Source: Perkinsus chesapeaki ATCC PRA-425 (Eukaryota > Protista > Perkinsozoa). From it: a stretch of 64,000 nucleotides of DNA. Below are positions 52,101 to 63,797 of this stretch, piece after piece; position 1 is the first letter of the stretch, and every line of letters begins with the position of its first letter. Both the position numbers and the translations under genes were made by a program. Under the pieces are notes generated by a model, which saw only the letters and a program-made list of their open reading frames with translations, did not search any database and was not told where the DNA came from. The stretch spans positions 45,685 through 109,684 of the forward strand of contig JAAPAO010000041.1 of assembly GCA_013115145.1 (NCBI GenBank), read 5' to 3'.

Positions 52101-54536
52101 CATTCCGTGGTGACAGCCGTCCCATTGACTTCGCCGATGAGGCTCCCCCGGCCCCTCTGGTCAGTCTATCTGTAGCAAGCACTAGCTTGGTACGACAACC
52201 CGGCAGTGGCTCGGCTGGTGGCCTCAGACGTCAGACCAGCAAGGGTATGATGGGCCAACGGCAGCAAGGTGGTGGTCATCAGCACATCTCTAGTGGTGAT
52301 TGGCGCAAGGAAATGCTCGGTCCACAAGCCCTAAGAGAGAAGTACAACCGGCAGCAATCTCGACAGCAATACAAACGTTCGAGTGCCCCAGTGGTGCCGC
52401 TGAAGGTCACCGAGCATGGTTACAAGGTTGGATCCAGTCTAGAGGAGATGTCCCCCCAGGACAAGCTGCATAGGCAAGTGATGTCCAACCTTAACCGTAT
52501 CACTGCTGAGAACTTTATGCAAGTCACTGCTAGCTTGGCTGAGCTGGATGTAATATTATCAACTCTCGTTCGGTCGACCCGCGTATTATTCTTTGTTGTT
52601 TCAGATTGATGAAGGATGGAAGCTTGAGCTGGTTGTTCGTACCATCTTCGACAAGGCCATACAGGAGAGTTACTACTGCGAGATCTACTCTGATATGTGT
52701 ATGCAGCTGAGGCGTGTCCTGCCCGAGTTTGAGGGGGATGACAGCAGCAAGCCAATGACCTTTACAAGAGCTCTGATCACCAAATGCCAAGAAGAATTCG
52801 AGGCATTACCGGTGGACTTGGATCCGACTCCTGAGGAGAGAGAGAAGGCCAACGGTGATGCTCAGGAGCTTGAGATCATCCGGTCCAAGAAGAAGGAGCG
52901 TATCTTGGGTAACATGAAGTTCATTGGTCAACTTTTCCTGAGGCAGCTACTAAGCGTGAAGGTTATTAAGGAGGTTGTGAGCCAGTTGGTGTTCCGATCT
53001 AATGAGCCTGAAGAGCACTATATCGAGTGTGTCTGCATACTTCTTCAGAACATTGGCTCAACATTGGACCAAACTGAGCGTGGACGAGCCCTTTGTACGA
53101 CATTCTTGGGCCGCCTGAGAGAATTTAAGAGCTTGAACTACCCTAGCCGACTGAAGTTTATGATTCAGGATCTCATTGATAATAGGGCTAGAGGCTGGAA
53201 AGATAGACAGGGTAATCCTGTTGGTGGTAGAAGCAAGAATGCGGTAAAGGCGGTCACCATACAGGGCCAAGAGGACAGCAAGCGACAGGCTAAGGTTGAA
53301 GAGGCAAAAAGGAAGATGGATGAGTTGGCTATTGAAAAGAGAGAGCAGAAGGAGGCCAAGGAGAGGGAGTTGCAAGAGGCTAGGGCCTTCAAGGTGGATA
53401 AGTTCAAGAACTCTAGGGACTACTTCCACGAGGACGGTGACCTCAATTCTTTCCTCAAGGACGTCACTGAGATGGTTCACAACGATCCCGGTTGTCCCTA
53501 TAAGATGGCCGAAAATCTGGTCAATTGGGGCGCTGAGGATCCCCGAAAGGCTCCTAAAGATGCTGAACTTCTGGTGGAGCTCGTCCGGCACGGTGCAGTT
53601 CCCTTCAAGACCCTCAACGTTGTCTTACGTGGCTTCTTGGAGGTCATGGATGAGGTGGCTGTCGATTTCCCAAAGGCACCAGAGTTTTACCATCGCCTAT
53701 TTGCTCTCTTGCTCACAGCTGACTACTCGGTTGACGGTGGTCCCGATGAATTTGATCCACAGCTCGTGCTCTGTTGGAAGGTTCTAGGCTCTGATGATCG
53801 ATCATTTGACTTGGCCATTAAGATTCTAGAGCAAGTAAAGCACATTGCAGGGGTTCCTGGTGTAGAGAAGGCCCTACACGACTTGAAGCCACTAATGAGG
53901 AAGATGAAGCAGACAGATGAGGCCGGTCTGGACAAGCTACTGGACCAGGCTGGTCTTCTAAAAGATGAGACTGATAGTTTGATCGACAAGCTCAACAGCG
54001 CTCTGAAGAATAAAGATTTCGACGCAGCGACTCGGCTGGTTACTGAGGACGCCCCGGGTGATTTACTCGGAGGTAAAAATGCTTTATTTGAACGGCGGGT
54101 GATAGCAACCCTTATCTCTAACCTTCGAGCAGCATGGGCTCGAGACTCCTGGACGTCGCGGCTCTCCCCTGCCGGGAGTCTGCTTCGGACAGTGTGTGGT
54201 ACTGGCACCGAAACTGGCGTTAGCAGCCCCAATAATAGGGAACTTCACAATCAAAAACAACTTGTGGACTCAGTTGCGAATGCTGTATACGATGCTCGGC
54301 TACCAGTTAAGGACGTAGTTGGTGTTTTCCAAGCCTTCCTTGACATGGGACTGCTACGACAAGTGGTGCTTCAGAATTGGTATTCTCAAGCGTCGTCAGA
54401 TACCGGTGGTCAAGAAGCTCGCAAATTTGCAGCTGAAGGCGTGAAGCGTGTTCTTGCTGCTACTCGGAGCAGCGATGGTGATACACCACCTGAAAGCTCT
54501 GCAGGCTCGGTGGTGTCACCATCCCCTTCCCAGTAG
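49172..54536 (+). CDS. EIF4G: Translation initiation factor eIF4G (Pro/Gln-rich N-terminus, MIF4G, MA3)
   Basis: LNRITAENF..IFDKAIQESYYCEIYSDMC..LITKCQEEFE..RILGNMKFIGQLF (MIF4G), MA3-like DYFHEDGDL.., and RKPLTIIDP resembling the PABP-binding site. Confidence 0.9.
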
Positions 54537-56400
54537 CTACCGGTGGTGGTGCTGCTGCTGCTTTCTCTTATCGTTTATATCTAGCAAATCGTACCATTGC
54601 TCTCGAGTCGCAGCTTCAGCAGCCTCACCATCCTCCTCCTGGTGGTCCTGGTGGTTGCTGCTGTCGATGTTACTCATTTAAAGGTTGCCTGCGTATTTTT
54701 TGTCTTATATTTCATCGCTGATGATGCTGTGGTCGTTAGTCTATCTGGTCTCAACAACAATAACAGGTGCCGGTGTACAACAACGTCTGCTGGTGCCACT
54801 GCCGCCCTGTAGAAGTACTTAGTTATCATCATCCTCTTCCTCGTCATCATCATGATGGTATGTATTGCCGTTATGTTATTATTACTGATATTCCCTATGA
54901 CGCTGCCTCCTTAAGGTGATGGTTATGGTAAGCAGCAGGTTCAGCATGCTCTCTATGCGCCAATATGAGAGCTTATTGCTGCTGCTGCTCTTCTTATATC
55001 ACCATTGGAGCATTTTTCCGTAGGACAGCAGCAGGAGTGTTAACATAACGGTATTATTATCTATAATGACGCTGGTGATGATGATGACTATGGCCTAGGT
55101 CGGTCATTATGATGATTATTATTACTAGTCCGCCCCCTAGTAAGTCATCATACCTACTCATATAATATTAACCTATTAACAACGATCATCTACGTCATCA
55201 TCATGATGATGACAACAGCAACAACAACGACCACCTGCTTTCTCCTCTACCGCCGCCTCCCTGTTCTCCTATCTACACTAGTAGTGGTGATGATTACTAT
55301 AGTAGTAACAGCAAAAGGAAAGAGAACAACAACAACAACGAGTATCATGGTAACGGCAGTATGCCGCCTCATCCGGCTGATGCTTGACCGCTCTGAACCC
55401 TCTCTTGGCGGACAACGTATTGGTAAATGCACCGGCCGGTGGTTTACTGGTGAACATCGCTAAGGGACTGGGGCCTTTTTTGTCGCTATCTGCTTTGGTG
55501 ACTGTGCTCCATTAGAGCTGCCATTAGCCCCGCTGATGATGCCGCTGCCGCTGTTGGAATGATTGCTATGGGAAGGGGGTAGCTGCTGTCGCTGCTGCTG
55601 CTCCCTTTCCTCATAAGTTGCTGCTGCTACTGCTGTTGTCTCATTTTCCTTTTGCTTCGTTATAGCCCCCGTTATCGTCGTTGATTATTGCTACATCTAT
55701 TTATACTATGATAATGCTATGATGGTGGTGGTGCAGTCAATATACCCAAAGGGTCGATAGAGCGTTTAATTAATCCAAACTCCCTCCTCCCCCCTCCCTC
55801 CCCCTCAGATGATGATGATGATGATACTCGCTGATAATAATACGACTTGCTGTTTCGGGCATGGCCTCCAACTTTTATTACCTTAAATGATCTTTTGCAT
55901 GGTTAATGCATCAACAACCAACTGTAAAGAGGTGAGGATAGAATGCTATTAAGGTTGAAGAAGGCGAGCAAGAATAACAACTTGGTGTTTATCACTGGTG
56001 GTATCCTTTTTGAGCTGTACTACTACTGATGTCAAAAAAAACAAAAAAACAGTTGTCGTATATACTATTGGTGATTATTTTTCCATTAAGGTTGATAAAG
56101 ACTGGATGAGGTGGATGCTAGGGTCACTATTGTTGCTTCTAGCACTACCTTATTATCATAGTTGTCATATCCATTTTACCGATATACCAGCCGCCGCAGC
56201 CCTCATCACCTCATACAGGTGGCGGTGATGGCTCTATATCCCGTATAGTTGTGGTAATATCAGTACCGATGACGGGTCTCCTACTACTACTTGATCGTTT
56301 GTTGCTGCTGCTGGCGGCGGCGACGTTGACCGTCATCATTGCTGTTGTTGCATATAAGCGATGCTTTTTGACCCAAGGGTCTACTGTAGATCAATATTGA
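54537..56400 (+). repeat. ~1.9 kb non-coding low-complexity tract rich in short trinucleotide runs (GCT, GAT, AAC, TAC)
   Basis: Repeated gctgctgct, gatgatgat and aacaacaac runs; ORFs here are repeat-encoded with no protein signature. Confidence 0.7.
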
Positions 56401-56482
56401 TAATAATATATTGTTAAATAGACTGTTGAGTTGTGCATATACTACGCCAATAGGGGAAGGTGATGATCAGATAGCTTCCATT

Positions 56483-57205
56483 ATGATCCCAATACCGTCA
56501 GCTGGTGGCCCGAGGATACCAACCGAGAGTATTCGGCAGAAGTACCGTCCGGCCCTACTGGGCCTCCTCTTCCTTCACATGGCAGTAGCAGGCATCAGGA
56601 TGTAATAGGCTTTTGGATGGCGTCTGAGAGGGTCAGTGCAGTTACCAGCTTCAAATAGTTAATGGTGTAATGAGCTTGCTGTGGGTTGGTGGGGCGTATT
56701 ACGTCATTATCAAGTGGGATATGATGCTTCATTACATCACAATGGTTGGCTTCCTATTCGGCTTCAATGGGGTAACAGCGGCCTTCACAGTACTGCTGTC
56801 TGTGATTAACTCTTTTAGTTCGTCCATAGCCTTTATTTGGTGGAGCGGCTTACCAAGACAAAGATGATACCGTTCTTCGCGTTCCCTCTGGAGGACTCGT
56901 TACTCATCGCTCAACCCATTTTAGACGCTCTAGTTGCATTCGTCTGTTGGAGGGTAGCAACCACCGCTGCTCACTTGAGCATTACTGGTGCCGATCAGGT
57001 CTATGAGGCTGATAAAAACATGGAGGAATACGTTCCACCATCGCGGTTGGGCAGCCGGACGTACGGCAGCAGCTACACGGTAGCTGGGGGGCGGGAAATG
57101 TAATGGGCTCATATGGTCAACCCTGCAAATCAGGCTCCTGGGCCTTCCTTCACAGCATTCTCCGGTCGAGGCTCTCGGTTAGGGGATGACAAGGGGGGTG
57201 TTTAG
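56483..57205 (+). CDS. Small multi-pass membrane protein with C-terminal SHP box (p97/Cdc48-binding motif)
   Basis: Hydrophobic segments. A phase-0 intron at 57080-57133 joins GSSYT|APGPSFTAFSGRGSRLGDDKGGV*, an SHP-like FxAFSGxGxRLG tail. Confidence 0.65.
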
Positions 57206-57298
57206 GGCCATGTGACACCATTGCCGTTAGAGTGTTGTCTGACGAATGGTAGTGTTGTGTTAGTAGTAGTGGAGGGCAACAGTATAGAGCCTTTCAAT

Positions 57299-60200
57299 AT
57301 GGTAGGCAGCTCTCCTGAGATAGCCGAGCTCCCCTCGTGTGACCAATCTGTAGCACTGCAGCCATTACCAGTGATAGACCCAGGCCAGGACGGTGTAGGC
57401 AAGGGTGTGGCCATCGCGGTATAGTAGTATGGGTGGTAGATACTTGTCGGCTCCCCCACTACCTTCGATGAGCGTATTAAGAATCAGAGCAGCTCCACCG
57501 GACATCCAAACCTCCTGGCTCAGTACTCCCAGCTGGCCGAGTCCTATCGGTACTGGCGTGCAGTGCGAGGGGACGGCAACTGCTACTATCGAGCCTTGGC
57601 CTATGGCTTCGTGGAACACTCGGCGCTGTTTTGCCCGGAAATGCTGACGAGTCTTCTGAATAAACTGGCTGGGATGTCGGAGAAGGGCCGGCAGAATAGC
57701 ATGTTTCCAGGTAATAAGGGGATGGTCAGTGTTGTGGTCGGCAGCTCATGGTCCAGGCTCCTACAGGGCGCTGTCGATCCTGCTGCCCTCCTGGCAGACA
57801 CGGCTCATGGCCTATAGAGGAAATGAGGATAAGGAGAAGGCAGTGCTTATGGAGGTAGCCCCTGTGGTAGTGGTAGGGGAGTCCTTTGATTAGATCCATA
57901 AAGCATTCAATACCCCCGCGATAGACCAGGCCTTCGTAGCGGCCATACGCCTTCTGGTAGCCGACTATTTAGCAGTTCACAAGTCAGAGCCCTGTACGGA
58001 CAGTGCAGATGCCGATTGCTCCTTCACTTGGGACCAGTGGGCCTATGGCATGATGGACGCTGGTAGGCTGTAGGGTTTGGAGCAAGCCTACTGTTCCAAG
58101 CAGGCATCGATGGCCCCGGAGGCTTCGTTGACTCGGCAGTCCTCAGAATGGGAGAGGATGCCTCTGATCTTGTACAGGCAGCTGCACCGAGGGCGCTGCA
58201 CTGTTGTGTCAGAATTACAATGGTTCACAGGTAGCAGTGTCTGATGCTGGGCGATGCTTCTATCCGGATTTAGGGACCGGACGGCTCTGCAAAATATCGA
58301 CTACGGCAGCGCGTGCCCAGTAAGCCTCCAGGCCACCAGGCTCGGGTGTACCGCATCTCACTCAGACCCCACAAGTCCATCTGCTCTTCCAACCTGGCCA
58401 TTACGAACTTCTAATACCCAAGGAGCCCGAACGGTACAGCGTCCTGCCTATAATGGAAGATGCAGCATTGGTGCCGAATGGAGTGCCGGTCCAAGGGCCT
58501 CCACAGCCCAACTCGGCGGCCAATGAGTTCGAAGGTTTCATGCAGCAGGTAGCCGCCATCACCGCCGCACCACTTATCTCAACGGTCTGCCGTCCTTCAG
58601 GTGCTGTCGAAATACCACACCCTTTGGGGTCAGGCCAGGTACCTTAGTGGGGTCCTAGACCAGCTCCTGCCCCGATTGGATGCTCACGCTAGCCCCAACA
58701 TAGACACCAGCCCTGCCGATGCTCGAACAGAGTTCACTGAAATGCGCAATACACTGAAGGTGGGCTCAAGGCGGTGTCCTCTAGTAGGCAGGATGATATC
58801 TTTACAGAATATGATGGAAGCACAGCGACAGCTATGTGCCATGCCAGAGGACCCAATGGACGAGGCAGCAGCTGCACCACCGCCACCACCACCGACTTTA
58901 GACGGAAATGACGATGACCAGTACCCCATGCCGAGGTATGCCTTGCGGGCTCCATTGAACTAGCTGGACGAGCGGCTGCAGATACTTGTCGGCCCTTCGT
59001 GAAATGTCCCAAGTGGCTCCGCCACCTGATGGAGGCATCAGTCTAAAGGTGGAGGACGGTACCGAAGAGGCTTTGATGGACTGGCCTGAGCTGCAAAACT
59101 CAACACTTCCTGCTACCACAGCTGATGGCATTTTTGTATGCAGCTTGTGTAAAAAAGATGGTCGTATTGGAGACCAGGAAGGAGTTCGAGCACCATGTGG
59201 TGACAGAGTCCACCAGGAATGCCTTCGGCAGTATATCAGCGGTGTGATGGAGAAAGAGAGTATCCCCCTCCAGGATGTCCGGTGTTGGCAGCATCATCGA
59301 AGGTACGGCAGGTCTAGGCGCCGAGACTCTGCTGTCCCGTGTTATGATAGCTTATGGTGAACCCCTGTTTAGGTTCGGCCTGGCATTCCTAAAGGCCAAT
59401 ATGCAGGAGCCAGAACAAAAGGCTGACGATACCGACATGCAGTCCGACGACACTGGTGCAGCCACAGCTGACGAGCCCGAACACGAGGAGACTGCTGAAA
59501 CTTGTCCAGTGTGCCGTCGGAGTGTCCAAAAGGAAGATCTTTCAGTCACGGTAAAGTGTGGCTGCCACTACCACAAGGCATGTCTCAAGGATAGCGTAGA
59601 AGCCTCTATTAAAGCCGGCATGGCCCCAGCCGAGATAGAATGCCCCGAACATAAGGGAAAGAGGTGACCAACACTCCATTCCTTCTGATATACAGCTTGT
59701 CGCAGACTGGGCGCTGCCTTCCTGGAGTCTACAGTGCCTGAGGCCCTCGAGCCTATACGCTCTGTTTGGGGAGGATTCTCCTCCCGTGTTGCCGCAGCAG
59801 CTGGTGCCAGCGGGAAGGCCGCCTCCTCAGGTGAGCTCACGTAATCCACCATGCGTCGATATCCAACCTCGGCAGGCCCACCGCGTGGCGGCTCTCATGT
59901 GCCGGCTAGCAACGCGCCTTCCCATCAAAAGGTGAGCAATTAGCAGTATGCTGCTCTCCATGCTCCTATCAGGTCGAATCAGTGAAGGCCCCAATGCCAT
60001 CGCGAATGGCTCCCTGGTCCGCAGGGTCAGCCAGGTGTGATGCCTGTCGCGATACCCTGTTAAGTGCTGATAGTGCTCGTCTTCCATGTCGGCATCGATT
60101 CCATCAACGCTGTGTCGCTGATGCCTTCACCAAACAAATCACTGAGAATAGCGATGGACTAAAGTGTCCCATTTGCCGTGAAGCCGTTCCTATCGAGGCT

Positions 60201-60728
60201 AACGATACACTGCTCAAGAGTTGCTTGGATCCTGGCGCCTACTACAAGCTGCATTCCTTTCGCGCCCCGCCGCGAGTAGTGCCCCCTGGCAAGCCCTCTC
60301 GGAGCCCTGATATGAGCAAGGCCACTACAAATGACAATAGCAATCTCAGGCAGAAATTCGATCGTGGTTGGCGCCCGTGTCCCAAACACTGCGGGTATCT
60401 TGGAAATTTTCCCAAGTCCGGCCATCCCGAATCCATAAAATGCCTATGCGGTTATGAGTACTGTAGCGGCTGTGGTGTAGACGAGCATGTCATCGCAGCG
60501 CATGATGGTCGATGGCACCGACCCTCGTGCCCTTACTTCGAGAAGTACTCGGCCTTCAAAGGATCACCTCATGCATCTTCCCAATGCCCACAGTGCACAC
60601 AACTCCATCGCTGCTGTCCTTTCCCCAAAAGCGATGGTTATCCTGATAAACTAATGCGATCACTACTGACCGGCCCACGTCCCGAAATGGAGCACCCTCC
60701 GAGGCCAGCTCCGTGGGCACGGGGATGA
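57299..60728 (+). CDS. Otubain-type OTU deubiquitinase fused to three RING-like fingers and an IBR-like Cys-rich domain
   Basis: RAVRGDGNCYYRALAYGF (catalytic Asp/Cys, ~57570) and LLFQPGHYELL (His, ~58400) continue in frame into downstream exons. GT-AG introns at 58585-58633, 58936-58981, 59303-59372, 59664-59705 and two more keep one frame to stop 60728. Confidence 0.8.
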
Positions 60729-60868
60729 AGTGCCACTAACAACAGTGCAACTGTTCTGTACTGACTTTCGTTATACTTGTTTCTATCGTGTCCATATTAA
60801 CATCGTTGCGTACTCAGTATGATGGGACTCGACTCCACAAGTTTGTTCGGGCTGAAACTAGCACTTGA

Positions 60869-61401
60869 TCATTTATCATCATAAAAAGGTTCATAAGCTC
60901 CTCTCGCAGCTCCTCGAGGCTTTGGAATGGCAGAACTTTTCGCCAGGAATTCATCATACTCTTTATTCCTATGCTGATCGTTGAATCTAAATTTAATCAT
61001 CAAAAACAGTACAACTGCCGTTGCCAAAGTGATACCGCCGACGATCATACTTTGTCGCCTAAAAGACAACATTCAACCAAACTGTTCCATAAATTGTCTC
61101 ACTGATATGATATCCTTTGGGGATGCAATGACCTATAATAAGACGGTGTCCCTGGCTTTCCTCGGGTATGGATGCTTCCCCCTCCTCCTTTATAACATGC
61201 TGGATTCTTAATGTAAGCGTCGTAAGCCACCTGCTTGGTATGGGTCCAGCTCTCGCTCACTTTTGCTCCAGTATCGGTTCTCTTCAAAGCATTAACCTTC
61301 TCCTTTACCGAGTCCGGCACTTTAACGCATCCTCGAACTCGCCTCGCCACCGCTTCTATAGTATGGCCCCCTATCTTCGGGTATCTTATTTTTATCCTCA
61401 T
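60869..61401 (-). CDS. Small hypothetical single-pass membrane protein
   Basis: Basic N-terminal exon joined (YYR|RQSM) to IVGGITLATAVVLFLMIKF TM helix and a short tail. Start uncertain. Confidence 0.5.
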
Positions 61402-61536
61402 AAAGGAACTTATCCTTACTAGCCGAACATACGGTGCTTGGGGGCAAGTGAATGATAACATACAACTCAACACAACCGTCAGTGTGAGAATGACCCACCT
61501 TTACGATGTTGTAAAAAATACTGAATAATAATGATC

Positions 61537-62772
61537 TCAATACGGTCCAACAGATTCAATCAACGTTGCTATCAAGGAGCCGATGAAGATGCCGTCAATA
61601 AGGGCGAAAGCCATTGCATATCCAGCGACTTCTTGTTCTTCTTGCCGATCCGCGGGCACTTGAGTTGGACCGTGTATCATGATCCATGTAATGCATGTAC
61701 CATTCGTCAGAGACATCAGTGCCATCAGGACGAACCGAAACCAATCCTGGTTGAACGGCGGGACGTTGATATGTACACAGAAGAAGAATAACGGTATAAA
61801 GATGGCACGCGAGAGGGTTGCCCATGTCACTACTCTCTTGCTGAGTCTTACATTAAGACTGGGGGCAAGTCTACCAAGAGTGTCAAAGACTTGAAACGTA
61901 TAAACCATATACTGGCCGAAATTCGAGATACTCAGACTCGACGGACGCATATGAAAAACCAGCCAAGGGAAAATTATGAACGTTATGACGAAGTTAATCC
62001 AAGCGTTGAAGGCCTGTGGCAGTGTATCTTTCAATATCAATCTAAAAGGTCTCTGCAATGACTGGGTTAAGGTGAACTTCTCTCTACCCGCCTCGACTTT
62101 AAACACGTGCTTCATGTAACGGTGCTTCATGGTACAACAACGGAACATTGGGACGACCAGGTAGTTAATGACCATCGAGATTGCGAAGAATACAATAAGT
62201 TTAGCATATGGTACATTATTAACTCCTATAGATTCAAGAATGACTTTGACTAGAAGATTCAATGGTAGTTGGATGATACCAGCGAGGCCTTCGCCAACCA
62301 TGATCCATGTCATGCATCTTGAGTCGCACATGGCTGCTAGGCCAAACATAGAGGACTCCATCATCGCATTGGAAAAGCCGAAGATGCCGATAAGGATACA
62401 CCCCAAGACGAAACCGGCAGTCTGATTGCTTTGAGCCCAAGTTGCTGCCACAATGGCGATGAGAATCTGTGAAGTTCCCATGCCGATACAGCCCACGTCA
62501 AACCGTGGAGCGAAACGGAACTTATTTCCGACAAATACGAGTAGTAGTTGACCGATATTAATAAGGAGCGAATAGCACATTGATACCCAAGTACCATAAG
62601 AAGATCCGAAAGCATCTAATAACACACCAAGCTCGCCTAAGACGAAGTTCCAACCAAGAAGTGCCACTAGTCCAATAAAGCAGAATTGTGCACACAGCCA
62701 GATGTCAACACGGGCCTGCGCGCGATGGTCCGGGTCCTGGTCTGTAGTACTGAAACTGGTTTTGCTGGACAT
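61537..62772 (-). CDS. Equilibrative nucleoside transporter, intronless
   Basis: Many TM helices; GLVALLGWNF, GEGLAGII, FVITFIIFP, FQVFDTLGR, SLTNG are ENT family hallmarks. Confidence 0.93.
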   Translation of the reverse strand: MSSKTSFSTTDQDPDHRAQARVDIWLCAQFCFIGLVALLGWNFVLGELGVLLDAFGSSYGTWVSMCYSLLINIGQLLLVFVGNKFRFAPRFDVGCIGMGTSQILIAIVAATWAQSNQTAGFVLGCILIGIFGFSNAMMESSMFGLAAMCDSRCMTWIMVGEGLAGIIQLPLNLLVKVILESIGVNNVPYAKLIVFFAISMVINYLVVPMFRCCTMKHRYMKHVFKVEAGREKFTLTQSLQRPFRLILKDTLPQAFNAWINFVITFIIFPWLVFHMRPSSLSISNFGQYMVYTFQVFDTLGRLAPSLNVRLSKRVVTWATLSRAIFIPLFFFCVHINVPPFNQDWFRFVLMALMSLTNGTCITWIMIHGPTQVPADRQEEQEVAGYAMAFALIDGIFIGSLIATLIESVGPY

Positions 62773-63214
62773 GATGATGATCAAACGGACATCGAGGACC
62801 TCAGGAAACCCTGAATGTAGGGATATAACCTCCTGAATATCAAACTCAAGCACGAATAGGTGACAGGATAAGCGTTACACGTAAAGCGGACGTGTAAGTA
62901 CGAACCCAAAGGATACAAGAATACTTATAACTTAGTAGTTCTGTAGTGCGTCCGTTCACTAGCTTGAACCACTCAGCTTAGCTTGCAGCACGTATCCTAC
63001 TCAGCGGACAGAGTTGTGTTAGAACCGAAAATCGGGACAGGGGGACAACTTTTGTGTCACGGCACTTGCTAGTACAACATTCCTCCCTACCAGGTTCGAA
63101 CACACTCTGGAGCCGAAGAGCGGACAGTACAAACTTCACAAAATCAAAATAAGAACAGAATAATACGTTAATTCAACGGACACACAGTGTGTCGTACGCA
63201 ATCATCATCATCAC

Positions 63215-63797
63215 TTAATCAGCCACTTCTTCAATATCAGCGGACATAGCACGGCGAGACCGGAAGCGAGCCAACTCCTCATAGAACAGAGACAGATCTC
63301 TCACCAAATGATCATAAGAAATCCTGCCTGACCTTATCGCGTCGTGATAGTAAACCGGAAACTCATTACGATGACGAGCACGGGCAACTTCAGCGGCTGA
63401 TGACCTTCCAAAGTAGCGGACAACATAAGGTCGGTGAGCAGAGACAGTAGCGGGCAGGTTGCGAGCAAGGGCAGTCGGAGAAGAGGATTCAACAACCAAT
63501 AGAGCCAGAGCCTTCAGCTCTTCAGCTGTTAAACCAGACCAGCGTAGATCAGGGCCTAAGGAGTCACCAGATGGCAGGTAAAAGCATAACGATCAGAGCG
63601 GGCAGGACGAGGAGTCGGAAAGTGTTCTGAGGATCGTCTGTTCCACAAACCATGGTCATAAAGTGCTTAGTCTGAGCGTCCAGAGGGGCCAAAACCAGAG
63701 CGTTGATGCCACCTTCAACTTCAAACCTTTCAGGCGCAGCGGACGTTGACATAACCTCGCCGTACACATCTTGAAGAAGCGGATGGAAATAAGACAT
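63215..63797 (-). CDS. Orphan hypothetical protein, two open segments in different frames
   Basis: MSYFHPLLQDVYG.. (63797-63564) and ..LTAEELKALALLVVESS..EEVAD* (to 63215). Joining them needs an intron or a frameshift. Confidence 0.42.

Noticed and set aside
49600-54300. Long antisense and alternate-frame ORFs over eIF4G (e.g. 53058-53591, 53723-54232)
   Set aside because: They are shadows of a large exon with biased codons and carry no protein motifs.
63090-63112. CAGGTTCGAAC as another tRNA relic
   Set aside because: No proper T-stem or acceptor-like flank; only a 6-7 nt match.
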